A DNA stretch of 64,000 bases from Polyangiaceae bacterium. GTDB lineage: Bacteria > Myxococcota_A > Polyangia > Polyangiales > Polyangiaceae. Location: the NCBI GenBank assembly GCA_050287085.1, contig JBNKBE010000001.1, forward strand, positions 192,001-256,000. The letters are read 5' to 3'. Shown in pieces: positions 59,143-64,000 of this stretch (within the stretch, counting starts at the first letter, position 1; each line of letters begins with the position of its first letter). The position numbers were made by a program, and so were the translations under genes. Below the pieces are notes generated by a model, which worked only from the letters and a program-made list of their open reading frames with translations, searched no databases and was not told where the DNA came from.

Positions 59143-59447
59143 ATTCTCTCCTAATGTCGGCTACGGTAGGTGCCCTACAACCGGCGCATCAGCCGTGAAT
59201 GAGCGGCGACCGGTACACAGAGCTGCCGTCCACGTCTCGCTCGATGTGGACGGCTCCTCGGGCTTGCCCCCAAGAACGGCACCGTTGCGGCAATGCTGAA
59301 GTCGAACCCTCGTAAGCCCCCGCTTGGTGGAAATGCGCACGGCAACTTGCACGGGACGCAACCTGCCGGCTAAAGAACCAGACCCGCCCCTGCCCAGACC
59401 GGGCCCCAGATCACCGCCAAACCCCCAGCTCGTTGAATTAGGTGCCG

Positions 59448-60317
59448 ATGAACGCTGTAGAAGCGAAGAACCACGGGATATTGCTGCTCTCCTGCCCAGA
59501 CCGACGTGGCATTGTCGCCGCATTGGCGCAGGTGTTGCACGGCCACGGCGCCAACATCCTGGCGGCTGACCAGCACCGCGACGAAAACACCGAGCAGTTC
59601 TTTCAACGCGTGGAGTTTGACGCCTCGGAATTACTCACCGATCGCGGGACTCTGGAGCGCGCGATTGCGGAAGTCGCCGACCGCTTTGATATGCGAGTGC
59701 GGCTTGCCTATCGCGACACGGTTCCGAAGGTGGCCGTCTTCGTGTCCAAGTACGACCACTGCCTCTACGATCTGCTTTGGCGCCGCCAAAGCGGTGAGCT
59801 GCGTGGCAGTATCGAGCTCATCGTGAGCAATCACGATGACCTAGCCCCTATTGCCGCGCAGTCCAACATCGCCTTCGCGCACTTTCCGATCACGCGCGAG
59901 ACCAAAGCTGCACAGGAGCAGAAGCAGATATCCGAGCTCAAAGAGCGGGGGATCGATCTCGTGGTCCTCGCTCGTTATATGCAGGTGTTGTCGCCGGCGT
60001 TTGTGGCTCAATTTCCAAGCCGCATCATCAACATTCACCACTCCTTTCTGCCGGCATTCGTCGGCGGCAAGCCCTATCACCAGGCCCATGTGCGCGGCGT
60101 CAAGCTGATTGGCGCCACCGCCCACTATGCGACTGAAACGCTCGATCAAGGCCCCATCATCGAGCAGGACATCGTGCGCGCCTCACACCGAGACGCCGTA
60201 GAGGATCTCGTGCGCAAAGGCCGTGACGTGGAGCGTTCCGTCTTGAGTCGTGCGGTGCGATGGCACCTCGATGAGCGGGTGCTGGTGTGGGGCAACAAGA
60301 CCGTCGTCTTTGACTGA
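59448..60317 (+). CDS. purU: Formyltetrahydrofolate deformylase
   Basis: ACT domain CPDRRGIVA, VSKYDHCL, LARYMQVL, INIHHSFLPAF, RGVKLIGATAHY, NKTVVF. Confidence 0.97.
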   Translation: MNAVEAKNHGILLLSCPDRRGIVAALAQVLHGHGANILAADQHRDENTEQFFQRVEFDASELLTDRGTLERAIAEVADRFDMRVRLAYRDTVPKVAVFVSKYDHCLYDLLWRRQSGELRGSIELIVSNHDDLAPIAAQSNIAFAHFPITRETKAAQEQKQISELKERGIDLVVLARYMQVLSPAFVAQFPSRIINIHHSFLPAFVGGKPYHQAHVRGVKLIGATAHYATETLDQGPIIEQDIVRASHRDAVEDLVRKGRDVERSVLSRAVRWHLDERVLVWGNKTVVFD

Positions 60318-60384
60318 TATCTCGCGCCCCCGGTCCCTGCGCCACAACCACTGCAGCGCGGCGAGACGTCCGAGCACAGAGGGC

Positions 60385-61125
60385 TCAGTTCGCGAGAGAA
60401 GTCCCGCCTTCGGTGGCGAATAGCCCACGCTCGGCCAGAGCCTGGGCGAGCGTATTGGACTGCGTTCTACGCCACCGTTCATACAGTTCCAACACGCTGG
60501 CGTTGCTGTAGGAGCTCTTCGCCAACACGGCGTCAGCCACCTTCGACAGCAAGCGCAACAGTGCCTCAAAACGGGCGGAGAGCTCAGCGAAGATGCCCAT
60601 CTCAGCGCTGAACTGCCGCAGCGCGGTGCCGGCGCCGTGGTAGGCGCTCGAGCCGAGCGCGACCAGGTAGTTCCGCTGCAGACCACGGTAGGCCAAGTGC
60701 TCCTCGAAGAATCCCCCGAGAAAGAGAACGTCGTCCCCCAGGCGCCTCAGATGGTCAAAACGTTTGCCTCCCGAGGCGCCCAACGCCGCAGACAAGCGCA
60801 AGGCAAAAGGCTCCTCTCCACTATCGGGCGGCTTGCCCGCATGTTCGGAGAGCACGCTGACCACGTAGGCGTGGCAGGCAGACGACAACTCCAACGGTGT
60901 TTCACCCAGCGCCTGATCGACGACCTCGGCAAAGAAGCGAGTCGGACTCGCCTCCACGACAGGTGAAACAACACGCGGCTTGGGGTCAAACGCCTGGGAA
61001 GTGCCGGATAGCGGACCTGAGGAGCTCGCAGCCTCAGCACTTGATTTGTCGGAAACGGATGCCGTGTCAGGCGCACAGCGTTCCGCGTCCGCTTCGGATA
61101 CGACGGGGCGGCTTTTTCGTTTCAT
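60385..61125 (-). CDS. Conserved hypothetical protein
   Basis: 246-codon ORF with a globular helical core (LRRLGDDVLFLGGFF, YLVALGSSAY, FAELSARF, LELYERW). Confidence 0.75.
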   Translation of the reverse strand: MKRKSRPVVSEADAERCAPDTASVSDKSSAEAASSSGPLSGTSQAFDPKPRVVSPVVEASPTRFFAEVVDQALGETPLELSSACHAYVVSVLSEHAGKPPDSGEEPFALRLSAALGASGGKRFDHLRRLGDDVLFLGGFFEEHLAYRGLQRNYLVALGSSAYHGAGTALRQFSAEMGIFAELSARFEALLRLLSKVADAVLAKSSYSNASVLELYERWRRTQSNTLAQALAERGLFATEGGTSLAN

Positions 61126-61301
61126 ACCGTCCCATAGTCTGACGCCAATTGCGCGCCGCGCCAGACGCCCGAGCGAGATGCTAGAACGACTGCGTCATCG
61201 CAGTACGCTGTGGCGACAACAGCCCGAGCCAGAGTGTGGCGGCGGCGGAAAATAACGAGCGACACCGCCTAGTTGCGCCGACCTCCGGCGCCCCGAAGCG
61301 G

Positions 61302-61775
61302 CTACTTCTTCTCGAAACGTTTCTGACGCTTTCCGAACTTCGACGTGTTGTAGTCGAGCACCTGCTGAGCGTAGGCCTCGGTGAGCCCGTCGACCGCGCG
61401 GTCAGCCTTCTTCTTGACCTTGGCAAGAGACTTCTCTGTCTGCTTCTTGTCTTCGAGTTCGTCCCACGCCTTCCACAAGGCCTTGGCCGCCTCGAGCGCC
61501 TTGGTACCGTCTTCGGCCGCTTTCTTGGCTGCCTCTTCGGCGGCCTTGGCAAGTGCGGCTTCGCGTTCGACAATCTCCCGATCCAATGTGCTCAGCGTGT
61601 CGCCAGCGCCACAGATCTTGGCCGCATGTTCACGCCACTGACGCGCCAGCGCCATGTCAAGATATTCGTCCTGCATGGCTTTGCGTGCGGTCGCCAGCGC
61701 CTCATCGCACTTAGCTTGGTCTTTGCAGCCCAACAGCAATGCGCAGGAAAGGCCTAGCAGCGGCAACACACCCAT
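61302..61775 (-). CDS. Hypothetical helical lipoprotein
   Basis: Lipobox LLLGC, Lys/Ala/Glu-rich helices; start at MGVLP (or 61802). Confidence 0.75.
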   Translation of the reverse strand: MGVLPLLGLSCALLLGCKDQAKCDEALATARKAMQDEYLDMALARQWREHAAKICGAGDTLSTLDREIVEREAALAKAAEEAAKKAAEDGTKALEAAKALWKAWDELEDKKQTEKSLAKVKKKADRAVDGLTEAYAQQVLDYNTSKFGKRQKRFEKK

Positions 61776-62029
61776 CGTCGACTTACGACCCAGAAAAAAC
61801 ATATTCTATTCCCTCGACCACGGAAGTTGCGGGCCAGTTCACGCCCGAGGCCGCTCTATAGCGCGGCTTTGAGCAAGGGGGCAACGCAAACATCGGCCCG
61901 CAAGAAGGCCCCCTCGCCCGCCCTTCGCTTTCGCCCGGCAGCCCCAGCGCCCGAGCGTTCTGGGCGACGGCCGGGCCGGCCGCCAGCGGTCGCGCGAGAG
62001 GCCCGACGTCGAGTATAGACGGGGCCGCA

Positions 62030-64000
62030 ATGCCGACAGCGCAGGAACTCGATCACATCGCCATTCGTGGCGCACGCGAGCACAATCTCAAGAACGTTGA
62101 TCTGAACATTCCGAAGAAGAAGCTCGTCGTCTTCACCGGTGTGTCGGGCTCGGGTAAGTCATCCCTGGCCTTCGATACGCTCTTCGCGGAGGGCCAGCGT
62201 CGCTACGTCGAATCGCTTTCGGCTTACGCCCGCCAGTTTCTCGGTCAGATGGACAAGCCGCGCTATGAAACCATTCGCGGCCTCGGCCCCACCATCTCCA
62301 TCGAGCAGAAGACCACCGGACAGAACCCACGGTCAACGGTCGGTACCATCACCGAGATCTCGGACTACTTGCGAGTCCTCTTCGCCCGTATCGGACATCA
62401 GCATTGCTACCAATGCGGGCGTCCCGTCAAAGGTCAGTCGGCAGCCCAAGTCGCACAGGAACTGCAATTGGGTACCGAGCCCATCACCTTGTTGGCTCCG
62501 GTTCTCGTCAATCGCAAGGGGGAGCATCGAAAGACCCTCGAGGACGCTCGACAGGCCGGGTACGTGCGAGTCCGCGTAGACGGACGCATCGAACGCACCG
62601 AAGGCCTAGAAGCCCTGGACAAGCGCAAGAAGCACTCGCTGGAACTGGTCATCGATCGCCTCACGCCCAGCGATGACAACCGAGCCCGACTCGAGGCCTC
62701 GGTGGAAACCGCATTTCGCGAAGGCAAGGGGACACTACTGGTCGCCAGCGCGAACGAGCCCGATCGCCTGTACTCCCAACACCTCGCCTGTGACTACTGC
62801 AACATTTCCTTTCCGGAGCTGACGCCTCAATCCTTCAGCTTCAATAGCCCACAAGGCATGTGCCAAGCCTGCAACGGACTAGGAACACGCGTCGAACTCG
62901 ACCCAGGTCGGATCGTAACCAACCCCGACGTCAGCATTGACGACGGCGCAATCGCGCCCTGGGGTGAAGACGTCTCGGAAAAGACCACATGGGACTTTCG
63001 GAGCCAGATCCTCGAGCGCCTCGGCATCGACGCCAAGAAGCCCTACAAGCACTTGTCCAAGGCCCAGCAGAAGATCCTTCTCTACGGTACGGGGGAGACG
63101 AAATACGAAGTCACCTGGAAAGCCAAGAGCGGCCAGGGCCAGTTTCAGGTAACCTGGGAGGGGATCATCCCAAAGCTGATGCGCCGCTTCCGCCAGACGC
63201 AGAGCGAACGCGCTCGCAAGTGGTACGCGCAGTTCATGGGCGACGCGGAATGCACGGAGTGCGAAGGTGCCCGGCTGCGCAAAGAGAGTGCGGCCGTGCG
63301 CGTCGGCGGCAAGACACTGGTCGAGATTTCCCAGATGACGGTGGCCGACGCGGTGCGCTTCTTCCGCGAGCTGGCACTGCCCCCCCACGAACAGACCATC
63401 GCCAAGGAACTCAGCAAGGAGATTCAAAGCCGCTTGGGCTTTCTCGAGGCGGTGGGCCTGGAGTACCTCTCACTCGATCGCGCTGGGCCAACGCTATCCG
63501 GCGGCGAAGCGCAGCGCATTCGACTCGCAAGCCAAGTCGGCTCCGAACTGAGCGGGGTCATCTACGTATTGGACGAGCCCTCGATCGGACTGCACCAGCG
63601 GGACAATGAGCGTCTGCTCAGGACCCTTTGCCAAATGCGCGACCTAGGCAATAGCGTGGTGTGCGTAGAACACGACGAGGACACCATTCGCAGCGCGGAC
63701 TACGTCGTAGACTTCGGTCCCGGCGCTGGCGTCGAAGGGGGCCATGTAGTATTCGGGGGCACTCCAGCAGCCTTAGCCAAAGCCCGGAGCAGTCTGACCG
63801 GAGACTACCTCTCCGGACGCAAACGTATCGCAGCAGAACCCCTGCGTGCGCCAAGCGGACAACTCGCCCTCATGGGGGCCAGTGGTAACAACCTCAAACG
63901 GGTCAACGCACACTTCCCCCTCGGCGTGCTGACGGCCGTAACCGGTGTCTCCGGGGCGGGCAAGTCGACCCTCGTCAACGACATTCTCTGCGAAGCGCTA
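62030..64000 (+). CDS. uvrA: Excinuclease ABC subunit A, truncated by window edge
   Basis: Not in the ORF track. Manual translation: MPTAQELDHIAIRGAREHNLKNV...TGVSGSGKSSLAFDTLFAEGQRRYVESLSAYARQF, later LSGGEAQRIRLASQ, LDEPSIGLHQRDN and a second Walker A GVSGAGKS. Confidence 0.97.
   Translation, partial: MPTAQELDHIAIRGAREHNLKNVDLNIPKKKLVVFTGVSGSGKSSLAFDTLFAEGQRRYVESLSAYARQFLGQMDKPRYETIRGLGPTISIEQKTTGQNPRSTVGTITEISDYLRVLFARIGHQHCYQCGRPVKGQSAAQVAQELQLGTEPITLLAPVLVNRKGEHRKTLEDARQAGYVRVRVDGRIERTEGLEALDKRKKHSLELVIDRLTPSDDNRARLEASVETAFREGKGTLLVASANEPDRLYSQHLACDYCNISFPELTPQSFSFNSPQGMCQACNGLGTRVELDPGRIVTNPDVSIDDGAIAPWGEDVSEKTTWDFRSQILERLGIDAKKPYKHLSKAQQKILLYGTGETKYEVTWKAKSGQGQFQVTWEGIIPKLMRRFRQTQSERARKWYAQFMGDAECTECEGARLRKESAAVRVGGKTLVEISQMTVADAVRFFRELALPPHEQTIAKELSKEIQSRLGFLEAVGLEYLSLDRAGPTLSGGEAQRIRLASQVGSELSGVIYVLDEPSIGLHQRDNERLLRTLCQMRDLGNSVVCVEHDEDTIRSADYVVDFGPGAGVEGGHVVFGGTPAALAKARSSLTGDYLSGRKRIAAEPLRAPSGQLALMGASGNNLKRVNAHFPLGVLTAVTGVSGAGKSTLVNDILCEAL

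Noticed and set aside
61803..62029. LexA/SOS box upstream of uvrA
   Set aside because: No convincing match to LexA box patterns I know.

Overview
GC-rich bacterial chromosomal window. The gene content (FHA-sigma54 activator, kinase-AAA-TPR protein, TonB_C-fused TonB-dependent receptor, many lipoproteins, ccsA-hemA-hemC) suggests a myxobacterium; this is inference. Most of it is housekeeping: hemC (partial)/hemA/ccsA, LysM protein, pssA, RegB/RegA-type two-component pair, hemL, M17 aminopeptidase, yacG, hslO, thiC, lgt, gpmI, hisD, large NAD-GDH, folE, ppx, mutM, purU and uvrA (partial). The standout is an ~9 kb accessory locus (26.4-35.2 kb). A nitrate/nitrite-type ABC importer is followed, instead of a normal NasA/NirBD reductase, by three genes: (1) a NirB-like FAD/NAD(P)H + [2Fe-2S] protein whose siroheme domain is replaced by a putative di-heme b membrane domain; (2) an 11-heme cytochrome c with an HAO-like C-terminal half that appears to lack the catalytic heme-4 motif; (3) a DUF3365/Tll0287-like monoheme lipoprotein. 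Together they look like a cytoplasm-to-periplasm electron conduit tied to nitrogen-oxyanion metabolism. Next to it is a receptor-less Che cluster with a CheB lacking its catalytic Ser. A sigma54-type activator lacking GAFTGA and the Walker B Asp sits head-to-head with a Ser/Thr kinase. No rRNA, tRNA, CRISPR array or transposase was seen. All calls come from reading motifs by eye; no searches were run.
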